Assembly: GCF_006345805.1 (NCBI RefSeq) | Contig: NC_043026.1 | Location: 5,332,001-5,396,000, forward strand | Origin: Octopus sinensis | Taxonomy: Eukaryota | Length of the DNA: 64,000 nt | Reading direction: 5' to 3' | Shown: one piece after another, positions 45,721 to 58,254 of the stretch | Layout: each line of letters begins with the position of its first letter | Numbering within the stretch: the stretch's first letter is position 1 | Translations under genes and position numbers: made by a program | The notes under the pieces: model-generated | The model's input: only the letters and a program-made list of their open reading frames with translations | What the model was told of the DNA's origin: nothing | The model's database searches: none

Positions 45721-48240
45721 TTCTGCTCAATACCACAGACTTGCTTGTCAGTTACTTGACTGTAACTAGTTGAGCATGCCCCTTGGTAGCTGACGATATG
45801 TGCATCTCTGATCATGAGCAGAAGTACTGGGGCGGGGGGGGTATCATAGCCATGTGTTGAGAGGAATTCTTTGGGGTTTGAATAATTCACCTGTGGAAAC
45901 ATGGGTATTTAGCTCATCATCTTTGAAACAAACCTTATTCAGGGACCTTTTGAGCAGGATGGGCTACTCAACCAGAAGAAAATTCTAACTGGGCCCCACC
46001 TGCAAGGTCAAGTGCTGTTTATCTTGATATGAGATCACCATGTCACGCACATATGGTTGTGATGCATGTGCCTGATGTACCCTTATCAGGCGGGTAGTCA
46101 TGATGGGTATACTGGGCTTTGTATATTTTACCCCAGTGTCACTTTGATGGCTTGCACTGCTCTCTAAATCAGTAGTAGTAGTAGTAGTAGTAGTAGTAGC
46201 AGTAGTGGTGGCGGTGGTGGTGGTAATTGATTCTCATGTGTTTTAGAGTTACATGAAATGAAGTGTGTTGTTCCCTGGCAAATGACAGAGCCGCTGACAC
46301 AGACAGATATTTATAAATAGACAAACAAGGAAGTGAAAATGAAATTTGAAGGAAAAAGAAAAGCAACAACAGTGAAATGATTGAAAAGAATATTTGAAGA
46401 GAGGGAGGGAGAGAGAGGAGAGAGAGAGAGGGAGGGAGAGAGAGAGAGGAAGAGAGAGGGAGGGAGGAGGGGGGAGAGAGAGGGGAGAGAGAGGGGGAGG
46501 GAAAGAATAAGGCAGAGTAGAGAAAAACAAAAACAAAAAAGTAACAGAAATGAAATGGGAAGCTGAATGAAGAGTCGGAATTTCCAAGCCTGCCATCACA
46601 ACAATACAAACGAGATATAAAGCTGATAGGTGCAGGGGTGGCTGTGTGGTAAAAAGCTTACTTCCCAACCACAGGGTACCAGGTTCAGTCCCACTGTGTG
46701 GCACCTTGGGGAAGTGTCTTCTACTATAGCCTTGGGTTGACCAAAGCCTTGTGAGTGGATTTGGTAGATGGAAACTGAAAGAAGCCTGTCACGCACATAT
46801 GTGTGTGTATGTATGTATGTATATCAAGGACGTATATTGCAGGTGTGCCAGGTGTGCACTGAACACCTGTCGACAGATGCAAATTCATTATAAAATATTG
46901 ACCTTACTCGTTAATTTAATCACAAATCTTAACGGAAAACTTTTGTTAAGCTCCTGCTTGAAATTTGGTGGCACTGGGTGTGGCAGCACATCCAATACAA
47001 TAATCACCATAGGCCAGTGCGTATGTATGTATATGTAAGTATATATCTATGTGTCTACGTCTGTGCTTCCAACACCCCCCTCCCACCAACAACACAGCTT
47101 AACAACCGGTGTCAGCATATTTATGTCCCTGTCACTTAACAGTTTGGCAAAAGTATAAGTAGTAGGCTTTAAGGAGTAAGTCCTGGTGCCAATTTGTTTG
47201 ACTAAAAGACTTCAAGGCAGTGCCCCAGCATGGCCACAGTCTCACAACTAAAACAAATAAAAGAATAAACAATAGTCGTATTAGTTAAAGAAATGGGGGT
47301 CAGTGCCTTGACAGTGTCTCCCTGCACCTGCCATCTGTTGGTGATCCCTTACAACTCATGCAGCACTCGGGTGACAACCTTCCAAACGCATGGGTCTGTT
47401 TGGGAAGTTGTTGCTGTTGAGGGTTTTACAAAGTCAGAGTACAAATCCAGCCTCATCCTCTATTAATCAGCTTTTATGATAAGCAGAGGAAATGCTGGGT
47501 CTATGCTTTGACATGTCAGTCCCCACATGGCTCCAGAGCAATGTGAAATGAAGGGTTCTGTTCAGGGACATGCCACCTGAGTCGAGGATCGAACCCACAA
47601 TCTCATGTCATGCATACAGCAGCCTAACCACCGAGCCATATCCTTTCCAACCCCATGGCTTCAGGTTCAATCCCGCTGCGCCACACATTGGACCAGCCAA
47701 AGACTTGTGAGATGATTTGGTAGATGGCGACTGTAAGAAGCCCATCATATATATCTATATACACACACACATATAAATACATGTATATATATATGCACAC
47801 ACATAAATATATATATACACACACATATACGACGGGCTTCTTTCAGTTTCCATTCTAATGCACTCAGAAGACTCTGGTCGGCCCAAGGCCACAGTAGAAG
47901 TCACCTAGCGAAGGTGCTGCGCCATGGGTTTGAACCTAGAACTACATGGTTGGGGAGCAAAATTCTCACCACACGGCTACGCCTGGATATATATATCTAT
48001 ACACACACACTGATGAGAAATACAAGTTGACCTACTTTCAGCAGACTATGAAATTTCACATGACAGGCACACAATGTACATATATACACCACACATATAC
48101 ACACACACATATATATACACACCACACATATACATATATGCGGGGCGTGGGGGGGTAGTAATGACAATTCAGCTGGACTTTTTCCTCCTCTTCCTCCTAC
48201 TCTCCATATATTCATACATAAACACAAATACATACATGCT

Positions 48241-48273
<33 letters not shown>

Positions 48274-49710
48274 TCCTATATATACACAACACACACACAC
48301 TTATACACATATACATACACATTTATGTACACATGCACACACACATCCATGATTCTATACACATACATGTTTACACACATACAAATATATGCACCTGTTT
48401 ATACACACACCTACACATTCAGACAGACGCATGTATACATGTGCATATATATATATATGTATACACACACACTGTTGAGATTCAGATATATCCTTATATA
48501 CAGAGGCACACATGCCTTTCACCTCCAGGTATATAGACAGAAGCCAGAAGGGATGTTTGGTTAAGAAGTTTGTGTGATTTGGGGTTCAAGTCCCGCTGTG
48601 AGGCATTCTGGCATAAATTTCACAGATATATCATTATGAAACAGCTGTTTTATCAGCAATAACTATAACAATTCTAAAATTATATAATTAAGATAAATCT
48701 ATATTAATAAAAGCGAAATTCTGTCCATCTGGGACCCCTGTATCTTGGTCTATATTTGCTCTATATAGAAATTTCATACCCTTTTTTGGAATCAGGATGG
48801 TCCTGTGATTGAAAATCTGCCTTTCATATGGTTCTTGAACACCCAACATTGGGATCTGATTCAAAAGCATTTGGCTTGCTATTTCTAACAGGTAAAGCTA
48901 GGCTGATTCTTGCCATCTTGCTGGACATTTGTCAGATGACATCAGAGATCAAGCGGGGACACTTGTTTCGTTAGTTTTATGTCGAGATAAGAACTTTGGG
49001 AGAAATCAGGCTACAGTTAGAACTGGAACAATAGAATGATTGCATTACGGGATCAATTCTCGTCCATCTTTAGCTATTGGTCAAACACCACCGGGGCATA
49101 CATTCATTACAGACATATTATAGTCATGCTATTTCAAGCTCTCATTAGTTTGGGGCTGCAGGTCCAATTAGCCCTCTGCAGGAGCTAGTTTAAAAGTCCA
49201 CATGGAGTGCAGCTTTTAACCTAGTAATTAATATAAACGAATTTAACTTGAGTTTTATCCTTCATTATTTAGTTAAACACCTTCCATCCTGCACCACCAC
49301 CCCATAATCTTTGAAATTTCAGCTTCCATATCTCAGCCCCTAGTCACTGTGTGCCCTAAGTGTGCTCCTTTTACCCCCTCAATTTCATCACTTCCCACCT
49401 CTATTCACCTTTTTAGTACATCTTCCAACTGCATATATTTTGTCTTCATAGAGCTCATTTTAAGGCCTAACTGCTATATATTGGATCGTCCCATAAAGAA
49501 TGGGGTTTCTTTATACTTTTTTACTTTTCAAAATTGAGGCAAAGTTCTTTTTTAATCTGAAATATACTCTCCTTCATTATCTACAAAGCTCTTCTGTCTA
49601 TCTGGTAGACTTGCAAGGCCCCTCTTTCAAGGTTCATTTGTCCCTGATGAAAAATACTCTTCCAGTACGGTTCTACTCTTGTCTACAGAATTCATATCTT
49701 TTCCATGCAA

Positions 49711-49750
<40 letters not shown>

Positions 49751-51140
49751 GGAGAATTCACAAAATAAAAAAAAATGAAGACAGGTGGTGTAGACAACAA
49801 ATAGATGTATTAGTATAATACTCGGGAAGTGAAAAAGTCTTTAATGTTTCGAGCCTACCACAGTGACTTAAAGGAATAGCCATTTCATGGACAGTCACAA
49901 TTAACTTAATATTTTGGAAAATGAAAACTGCTTAAATAATTCCAGGGGATTTCTTCCTAAGCAAAAATTTATCCAGGAATCCATTCTCGAGCTCTAAACA
50001 GATACATTTTTAAGTGGTTTCAAATTCTGATGATTTTTAAGTCATGAGTCAAAGCAAGAACAAATACAAGACTTGACGTTATGGTCCCTATTAAGGATCA
50101 CATCATCATCATTTAGGGTCTGCTTTCCATGCTGGCATGGGCTGGACGGTATGAATGAAAACTGATAAGCTGGGGAGCTGCACCAGGTTCCAATCTAATT
50201 TGGTAAGGGCTCTACAGAGGGATGCCCTTCCTGATGCCAGCCACTCCAAGAGTGTAATGGGTGCTTTTCCATGCCACAGGTGCCAGTTATGTAACACTGG
50301 CATCATCCATGACTACGATCTCAATTGGCCCGACAGGTTTTCCCAAGCACGGTGTATCGCCCAAGGTCTCAGTCACCTGTCACTGCCTCAGTGGGGTCCA
50401 ATGCGTAAGCAGTGCCTTTTACGTGCCACCAGCACTGGAGCCAGTCAGATGGCACTGGCATCAGCCACAACGACGATCTCACTTGGTTTGACAGATCTTC
50501 ACAAGCACGGTGTATTGGCAAAGGTCTCGGTCCCATCACTGCCTCTGTGAGGCCCAATTCTCGAATGGTGCAGACAGCACTGTCATCAGCCAACAACTAC
50601 AATCTCCCGTGGCTTGAAAGGCCGTCCCAAGCACAGCGCATTTTGCTTTTTACATGTCAGTTACGTGACACTGCTATCAGCCACAACTATGAGCTCACTT
50701 GGCTTCACAGGTCTTCTCAAGCATGCCATATAGCCAAGGACCTCAGTCACTTGTCATTGCCTCTGTGAGGCCTGCAAACCCAACAAATCTTTTAAATAAA
50801 CATCACAAGTTATATTACACTTTGGGGTTGAACTTCATATAAAACCAGATGCGTTATGAGCTTTACACTGTTCTATCTTTACTAACGACTCTGTGAGATT
50901 AAGATTATCCTAATTGCTTTAATATGTAAAAGGAGACCAGTCTGTTTCATAAGCATTGCATGAACTCATTTGAGGCTGCTAATTAGTTGTTTCAGTCATT
51001 TGACTGTGGCCATGCTGGAGCACCGCCTCGAAGGGGTTTTAGTTGAGCAAATTGACCCCAGGACTTATTCTTTGTAAGCCTAATATACATATTCTATCAT
51101 TCTCTTTTGCCAAACTGCTAAGTTACAGGGATGTAAGCAC

Positions 51141-51380
51141 CAGGGCTGTGGAGTCGGAGTCAGTAAAACTATACTGACTCCAATCCTGATTCACAATGTC
51201 TTTATTCCTTAATATAAACCAGTTGTAACCTATAGGCTGACTCAAAGTACAAGCGTATGCATGTGCTTTATGAGATGTGTAGACCAGAATCACTTGATTA
51301 CATAAAGAAGAGTCAGAGTCAGAGGTGCCAATGGTAGAGGAGTCGGAATCGAAGGTTTTTGTTTTGATTCCACAGCCCTG
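51141..51380. mobile_element. hAT-like MITE (240 bp) inserted in a family-B SINE
   Basis: TIRs CAGGGCTGTGGAGTC / GATTCCACAGCCCTG (14/15) with subterminal GAGTC(G/A) repeats. An imperfect flanking duplication ATGTAAGCAC / ATGCAAACAC is present, and SINE sequence resumes on both sides. Confidence 0.75.
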
Positions 51381-52007
51381 ATGCAAACACACCAACACCG
51401 GTTGTCAAGCGGTAGTTGGGGTGGGGACAACTCAGACACACACAAATATATCATCATCATCGTTTAACGTCCGTTTTCCATGCTGGCATGGGTTGGACGG
51501 TTTGACTGAGGTCTAGAGAGCCAGAAGGCTGCACCAGGCTCTATTCTAGTCTGGCAGGGTTTCTACAGCTGGATGCCCTTCCTAATGCCAACCACTCTGA
51601 GAGTGTAGTGGATGCTTTTTACATGCCACCGGCACAGGAGCCAGTCAGGCAGGCCTGGCACCAAAACATTCAGATAGTGCTTTTTATGTGCCACCAACGT
51701 GGGAGCCAGTCAGGAAGCACTGACCACAGCTGCAATTTTGGTTTTACTTGACTCAACAGGTCTTTTTAAGCATATAGTATCACCTGACACATCAGGGGTA
51801 CTCTTAAATGGGCCAGACATGCAACTCTGGCATCGGCCATGGCTGCGATCTCACTTTAGTTGCTGGGTCTTCTTAATCACAGCATATCTCCAAAGGCCTC
51901 GGCCTCCTGTCACTGCCTCTGTGAGCCCCAAAACTCAAAGGTCATCCTTCAGCACCTCATCCCATGTCTTCCTGGGTCTACCTCTTCCACAGGTTCCTTC
52001 CATGAAA

Positions 52008-52130
52008 CTACATGGACCCTAAGTAAGGCATGTGTAAAATTTGAATGAAATTGGTTGTGTAGTTCTCAAGTTTTAGGGAAACACACAGACAGACAGACAG
52101 ACAGACACACATTCTCAGTTTTATATATAT
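52008..52130 (-). mobile_element. Probable non-autonomous Helitron 5' end (TATATAAAACTGAGAATGTGTG(TCTG)n...)
   Basis: A (TA)n, short spacer, (TCTG)n microsatellite, AACCAATTTCATTCAAATTTTACAC arrangement, as in microsatellite-bearing Helitron 5' ends. Confidence 0.45.
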
Positions 52131-52132
52131 AA

Positions 52133-52172
<40 letters not shown>

Positions 52173-52240
52173 ATATATATATATATATATATAGGCGCCG
52201 AAGTGGCTGTGTTTTAAGAAGTTTGCTTCCCAACCACATG

Positions 52241-52652
52241 GTCTGAAAATCTCCATTCAGTTGAAATATTTCTTTCCTTTTAGGAACCGTGGCCATTATG
52301 AGTGATTCTTGTGTAAAACAAACACCACCAACTAAACTTGCAACATTTCTGTGTCGTAGCAACTGCCCGTCTTCATAAAATATTTTAACATTTCCATTAT
52401 TGGCTTTTTCACACACAACTGTCTTTCCTTCCTCAGAGACATCAAAATTTTTTACTTGAACAGGACATTCGTCTGTTTGTAAACGAGCAACCGGGAAGCT
52501 GTCTCGATTCACCATAAACAACCCTTCAACATACAATTCATTCGTTCCCCTCCTGGTGCTTCCAACAAACCTTGGTCCTTTACAGTCAATACTGAAGAAA
52601 TCTACTTCATCTTTATAAATTCTTTTATTTAAAAATATTCCCTTGTTTTTCC
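52241..52652 (-). pseudogene. Inverted partial paralog of the propeller gene (end of module 4 / start of module 5)
   Basis: Aligns to 35931-36348. IFLN..IYKD...SIDCKGPRFVGS...NELYVEGLFMVNRDSFPVARLQTDECPVQVK...VGGVCFT...ATVPKRKEIFQLNG. There are no stops and two 3-nt deletions (418 vs 412 bp). The ends are fused to unrelated DNA and a SINE head. Confidence 0.92.
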
Positions 52653-53064
52653 TAATCTCTGTAAAAGAACGCAATACACGAATTTTTAAGATGGTGTGAC
52701 ACATTCCATTTGTAAATGAATCTATAAATTCATTTTATTGATTGTTGCACAGAATTGATTGAGATGATCACTTTGTGGAAAAGCGAATTTAATTATTCAG
52801 CATCACTGTTGCAAAATGATGTGTCACAACAACGATTGTTAACAACAATGCCCTGTTTAGTCATAAATTTGAAGAATGTTATATCCGCTTCTAATTATCT
52901 TGCAGGTCATTAATAGGTTCTTCTGCCATACTCTTTCTAATTAGAGTGTCTGATCTCTGGATCTACAGGTAGTAAAACCTCTTTCTTCCATAGATTCTCT
53001 TCATTAAAAGAAAGAAAAGGAACCTGTTGTAATAACACTCTCTTTTACTACCATAGACACAGCT

Positions 53065-53265
53065 CCACAGAACGATCGCTACCTTGTCGCAACAGAGGGG
53101 GGCTGGGATGAGTCTATAACCCAAAAGGAAATGTTAGTGAGAGTTTAAGCTCTTGGCAGGGTTACCCGTACCAGATTGACCGATAGCAATCCACCTGTCA
53201 TCGAGCCTAAAGAGGCTGACTTGCAGCTAACAACCTCAATCAGAAAACCAAATTCTCATGGAAAC
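53065..53265 (+). mobile_element. RTE-clade LINE 5' UTR remnant
   Basis: CTACCTTGTCG...GGGGGCT, CTTGGCAGGGTTACCC and GCTAACAACCTCA resemble conserved RTE 5' UTR blocks. Degenerate. Confidence 0.4.
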
Positions 53266-54399
53266 AGCAAAGAAGATGTGAAAAGAGTGCGTGAAGGATG
53301 GAGGTGGAAGCAGTCGGTCCCTCTTGGTTTGAACTGAAAGAGGCAGACTAGGGTCGCATCCACTGGCATGAAATAGATGCGGTCCTCAGCTTTTCATTTG
53401 AGTAATGTACAATAAAACACACACACACACATGAATGTATAACATCGATATCAGGGGAAAAACAAGTTTATATCCTCCATGTATAGTGCTGCTGCTGTTA
53501 CTACTACTACAAGCAGTAGCAGTATTAGTTGTTGGAGTAGTATTAGTATTTGCAGCAGCAGCTGCGGTCCAAACCCCACCATCATCGCCACTTTCTCACT
53601 TTGACCCAAAGAGTATTTGTATGCATGTACATACACACACAAACACATATGCATACATACATACGTACACACATACATGTATACATACATAAATACAGAC
53701 ATATAAACAGGCATGCATGCATGCACAGACACAGAGATATAAATACACACAATCAGGGATACAGATAAATAGACGCAGAAAGAACGACACACGGACAGAC
53801 AGAAAGATGGAACGAAATTTGCTCCGAAAGAGAAAAGAAAATTTTGTAAACGCGAAGAGTTTTAGTGTCAAGGGAAATCACTCTTAATGTAAACTGTTAC
53901 ATTTGGAGAATTCTCTCCCTTTGATTGTAATCTTACCTGGAAGCGAAAAATGCTAAGATTTTCGAAACGGAAAATGGATTGGAGAAGAAATGATGGAGAG
54001 ACGAACGAAATAACACTGTATACAATATATACATACAGCAGGCGTTTATGTATGTATACACATCCAGCCACCAGCCAACCATCCATCCATCCATGGAAGT
54101 GCTTGGTCTCTATTTCTAGCATGATCGCAGAGCACCTCTTTCTCTCTCTGTCCTCTGACAGGAAGAACATTGTTAGATAGATTGATATATATCTTAATAT
54201 ATAAAAGATAGATTCCGTCTGTTTGTCCCACAAAACATAATTGAAACACCATTTCATTTATAAGCGTTGGTGTTTTGTCCACTTTCACGCTTTAATGATG
54301 ACGACGATGATGATGATGATGATGATGGTGTGACCAGAGCCAAAGTGCCAAATTGTCAAAGAATTGACACCTTTCAATTCCCCCCCTCTCTCTCTCTCT

Positions 54400-54910
54400 T
54401 TGTTTATCGTTCTGTCTTTGTATTTGACCAGAAATTGTCCTGTGGCAAGAATGGTCAGAGTTCAAGACAAGGACAACCACCACACCACATATATGGCAGG
54501 AGACCATCTGCCCCTGTGGGACGAAGTTAAAATAATAGACAGAGAACACCACTGGAAAATACGAAAACTAAAAAAGGAGCCCATATGCAAGGACACAACA
54601 ACCTCCTAAGCAGACCGAGTGCAGATATGAGTAGCATATAGGAACCGGTATTAAGGAAGGATAGGAAAATATTAGATTTATAAGCCCTGAAATTCACTCT
54701 CTAATTGCCCACGGGCATATGGCATAGTGGTTAAGAGTGCAGGCTACTAACCTCAAGGTTCAGAGGTCGATTCTGGGCAGTGACATGAATAACAACAAAA
54801 AAAACAACAATAGTGAAAAATACCTCAGAAATGAGAACCCAATTTGAAATTTCCTCAAGACACCTGATCAAGGGTGGAGAGTATATCGGCCGAAACATGA
54901 CACACCAACA
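54400..54910 (+). mobile_element. Penelope-like element 3' region: GIY-YIG C-terminal remnant, tRNA-like segment and degenerate hammerhead motif
   Basis: HLPLWDEVKIIDREHHWKIRKLK...LLSRPSADM. The tRNA-like segment spans 54713-54785 (A box TGGCATAGTGG, B-box-like GGTCGATTC). ACAC-CTGATCA-A-GGGTG..CGGCC-GAAAC lies at 54860-54896. Confidence 0.65.
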
Positions 54911-55289
54911 AAAAGACAAACACACAAAGCCTTGCCCTGCATTCCTGTAAAATAGCGTCGGAATTTCAGGGAAAACTTGACCTCATTCAGCATTTGTAAA
55001 TTCATTTCACTATTACTTACTGATATGTTTTATATATGTATATATATATGTGTGTGTGTATATATATATATAAAGGTTCTTTTCTTGATCTTAACTCTCT
55101 GAGGAAAATATTTTCTCTCCATATATATATATATATAAGAGAGATTCTATTTCTCTGTTAGTTCCAAAAACTGAAAATAAAACCAGGCACCATCACTATG
55201 ATTTTCTTTCTTCTCTATCTGTCTATTTCCCTCTTTCTTTCTCCCTCTCTGTCTCTCTTCCTTTGTCTTCTTTCTCTCTGTCTTTCTTT

Positions 55290-55328
<39 letters not shown>

Positions 55329-56478
55329 TTCACTAAAACAACATACACACACACACATACACACACACACATAAAACAACTGCTGGCATACATTGAAGTC
55401 TTTTAAAAGATGTCTGAAATATTGATGGTAAATATTTACAAGAAATAGTTTCAGCTGTTCCTGCCTTTGTCTGTTGAGAAAATGGAAAGCATTCGATGGA
55501 ACTGAAATTCCTGCCCCTGTAGGTGATGAGGAATTTAGCAGGAGGACGAAGATCTGTGCAAAAAATGGAGGGAGTGAGAGAGAGAAGAGAGGGTGAGAAT
55601 GGATGTGAAGCAAAAGCAGGAAGGAAAGAAACAAAGCAAGAAAGCAGCGAGGATGGGTTCTTTTCAAACATCTCAGCATTTACATCACAAATACAAATGT
55701 CTGGATACATACTTGCATGCATTTAGACACATACGTACGCACAGGCATTCGTGCATACGTACGCATACATACATATATGCATGCATATATACATACATTC
55801 ATGTATACATACATACAATGCTTACGTACATACATGCATACATACACATACATACATATTATAATGAAGCAAAACAAAAAAAAGGAACATGTTCTGTAGT
55901 AGAAATCAAGTCTTACGGTCAGCAAAGTGGCTGGAAAAATAGAAGAGAATGCGAAAGTCTATCAACGATTGATAAGGTGTTTGCAAATCCCTTAGCCAGG
56001 ATAAATTTGCCCCTTGTGTTATTTGAGTAGTAGCATATGTACCAACCAGTTAAGAGTGAAATATGGCTGAACTGGGGGTATTGGGGGACGAAGGAAATGC
56101 TTTAATTCTAGCACAATATCCAGAACGATGAAATCTGTAAGATATTCCTAAGATTTAAAAAATGATGACCAAAACAAGACGATTTCCTCACCACCCCAAG
56201 CAGAATGCCGACCAAAATTTATTCTAAATGAATAAGACAACATACATATTTTCATAGATGTGTGCATACATAAGTAGATATTATACATATAGATATATAT
56301 CTGTACGTACATAGATATACGTGAACACTTGTCAATGTGGTGTGCGAACAGACGGAGAGAGAGAGAGGAAAAGAGTGATTGCGGTTGAATGAGTGCGACA
56401 GAGAGAAAAGAGTGATAGAGAGATACTGAGTGAGTAAGTGTGATGGGGGAGGGAGAGAGAGGGTAGGAGAGAGAGAGA

Positions 56479-56514
<36 letters not shown>

Positions 56515-56739
56515 GAGGCGCAGACAGCAGCGAGGAGTTGCCAGTGTTAAATGCGGATGAATCTCCCACTTGAGGTAAGAAAAAAAAAAGGTGGCAGGCG
56601 GGGGTATTCAAAGGGAACAGTAATTTACTCATTAATTACTTCATACTGAAACCAATTACTTCATATTAGTCAGTAATTATTTCATTTCGATTCTATCCTA
56701 TCTATCTGTGTATGGGTGTGTATATATATGGGTGTGTGT

Positions 56740-57330
56740 GTATGTATGTATCTAAGAATGTTTTATTGCTTAAGAAAAGCTCAAAATGCTTAAATAAGTG
56801 ATGACCATTAGGGGCGATATCAGGGCAATAGGCACTGTGAAGAGGTTTTTAAAGGATCTTTCCATAGACACACACATCGCATTCTCAGATAAATCATTTC
56901 ATTTGTTTCCCCCATTTATTCTAATCCATATTTTTTCATCCATAATTTTTACCAAATCAGTCAATAAAATATTCTCCTTCATTGATCACAACTCCTTACC
57001 AATATTTTGTTGGCTTCTCAATGCCCGGACAGTAGAAATTTCCTGGTCTTGCAATCGAAGAATTCATCGAGCCATGTTTTCAACTTCATGGCCGAGTTGA
57101 ATGAAACGCCTTGCTGACTGTTGGAGAGCAACAATGGGGTAAAGAAATCTCGGCCTGTGTCCACGGGTAGCCTGGAGTGTGTCTCTTTTGTTCAGACCGT
57201 ATGGTACCCATGCAACAAGATTTAGAACCTTACCCATCGAGTGTAGGTGATTCGCGACGGTACCATGAGAACCTCCCATCTGCTGGTTCAATTCCCTAAA
57301 GAACTGGCATGAATCCTCATGGATGCGCTC
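56740..57330 (-). mobile_element. mariner transposase remnant (second copy, different family)
   Basis: Minus-strand MGKVLNLVAWVPYGL (WVPHEL-like) and LHSAYCPDIAPNGHHLFKHF (YSPDLAP.DYHLF-like). Confidence 0.8.
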
Positions 57331-57769
57331 CTACTATCGATCCTCTTTGACACTCCAACCTCATTTTCATGATAGGTGGTCAAGTTTATTGAACTCTCAA
57401 AATGACAAACATAAACTGAAGAGAAAAATAGACATACTAAACACTCGTAAAAGTCTGGATAAATATATTTTGAGGAGAATTGAAATAATGTTGGAAAATA
57501 AGAAACAAATTAATCTGAATAATACACACGCAGGCACGCTTGCTTTTGTGTGTGTGTGTGTGTGTGTGTGAACGTGTGTATACCAATTGGAAAGATTTTA
57601 TAGAAAATAAGCAAAACTAGGGACAAATAAAAAGAGAAGTAGAGCAAAGAAAGCCCTTGCTAAACATAGAAACTGTGTCGTCCCTCAGTTGCTTAACTTC
57701 ACATCTGAGAACTCATCTTCATGAAACTGGCTGTAAGATCATTCTAGCAAACATGCTCATGTCTCATAT

Positions 57770-57980
57770 TCTTTTCTACTCTAGGCACAAGGCCCGAAAT
57801 TTTGGGGGACGGGTCTAGTCGATTAGATCGACCCTAGTATGCAACTGGTACTTAATTTATCGACCCCGAAAGAATGAAAGGCAAAGTCGACCTCGGCATT
57901 ATTTGAACTCAGAACGTAAAGACGAAATACCCCTAAGCACTTCCCCTGGTGTGCTAACGTTTCTGCCAGCTCACCACCTT
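57770..57980 (-). mobile_element. tRNA-derived SINE, family A
   Basis: Matches the 378-585 copy (TTCTACTCTAGGCACAAGG...GACCCCGAAAG...TTTGAACTCAGAAC...CTGCCAGCTCACC). Confidence 0.85.
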
Positions 57981-57985
57981 TCATG

Positions 57986-58160
57986 TGTCATATTTGTAAT
58001 AAGACATTTAAGTCCTGCCTTGGTCTAAAAAGGCATTTAAATATCCATAAATCAGACAAGACAAACAACACTGTACCACTTGATGTGAAACTTATTTGCA
58101 TTGTTTGTGATGCAAATTTCAAACAGTTTTGGGGATTAAAAAGCCACTTAGGGGCTCGTG
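57986..58160 (+). pseudogene. Isolated pair of C2H2 zinc fingers (probably LINE-derived)
   Basis: CHICNKTFKSCLGLKRHLNIH (intact CxxC-12-HxxxH) and CIVCDANFKQFWGLKSHLGAR (last His lost). There is no TGEKP linker. Confidence 0.6.
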
Positions 58161-58254
58161 CTTCATCTTGGGGTGATATTTGACAGTTTGCACAAATGGA
58201 AATGAAAGGACCATATCCCATCCAAAAGTAAAAGTATTTTTAAATAATTGAAAA

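Noticed and set aside
52700-53010. Minus-strand peptides faintly resembling a Merlin/IS1595-like transposase N-terminus or a further paralog segment
   Set aside because: Only a few scattered residues match across multiple frames, which is not distinguishable from chance without a profile search.
53065-53265. Possible HDV-like ribozyme in the RTE 5' UTR remnant
   Set aside because: I could not build the nested double pseudoknot by hand, and the copy is too degenerate to claim.
54713-54785. Functional tRNA gene
   Set aside because: The acceptor and T stems do not close properly, the B box is mutated and the segment is embedded in a repeat. It is treated as tRNA-derived, not as a tRNA.
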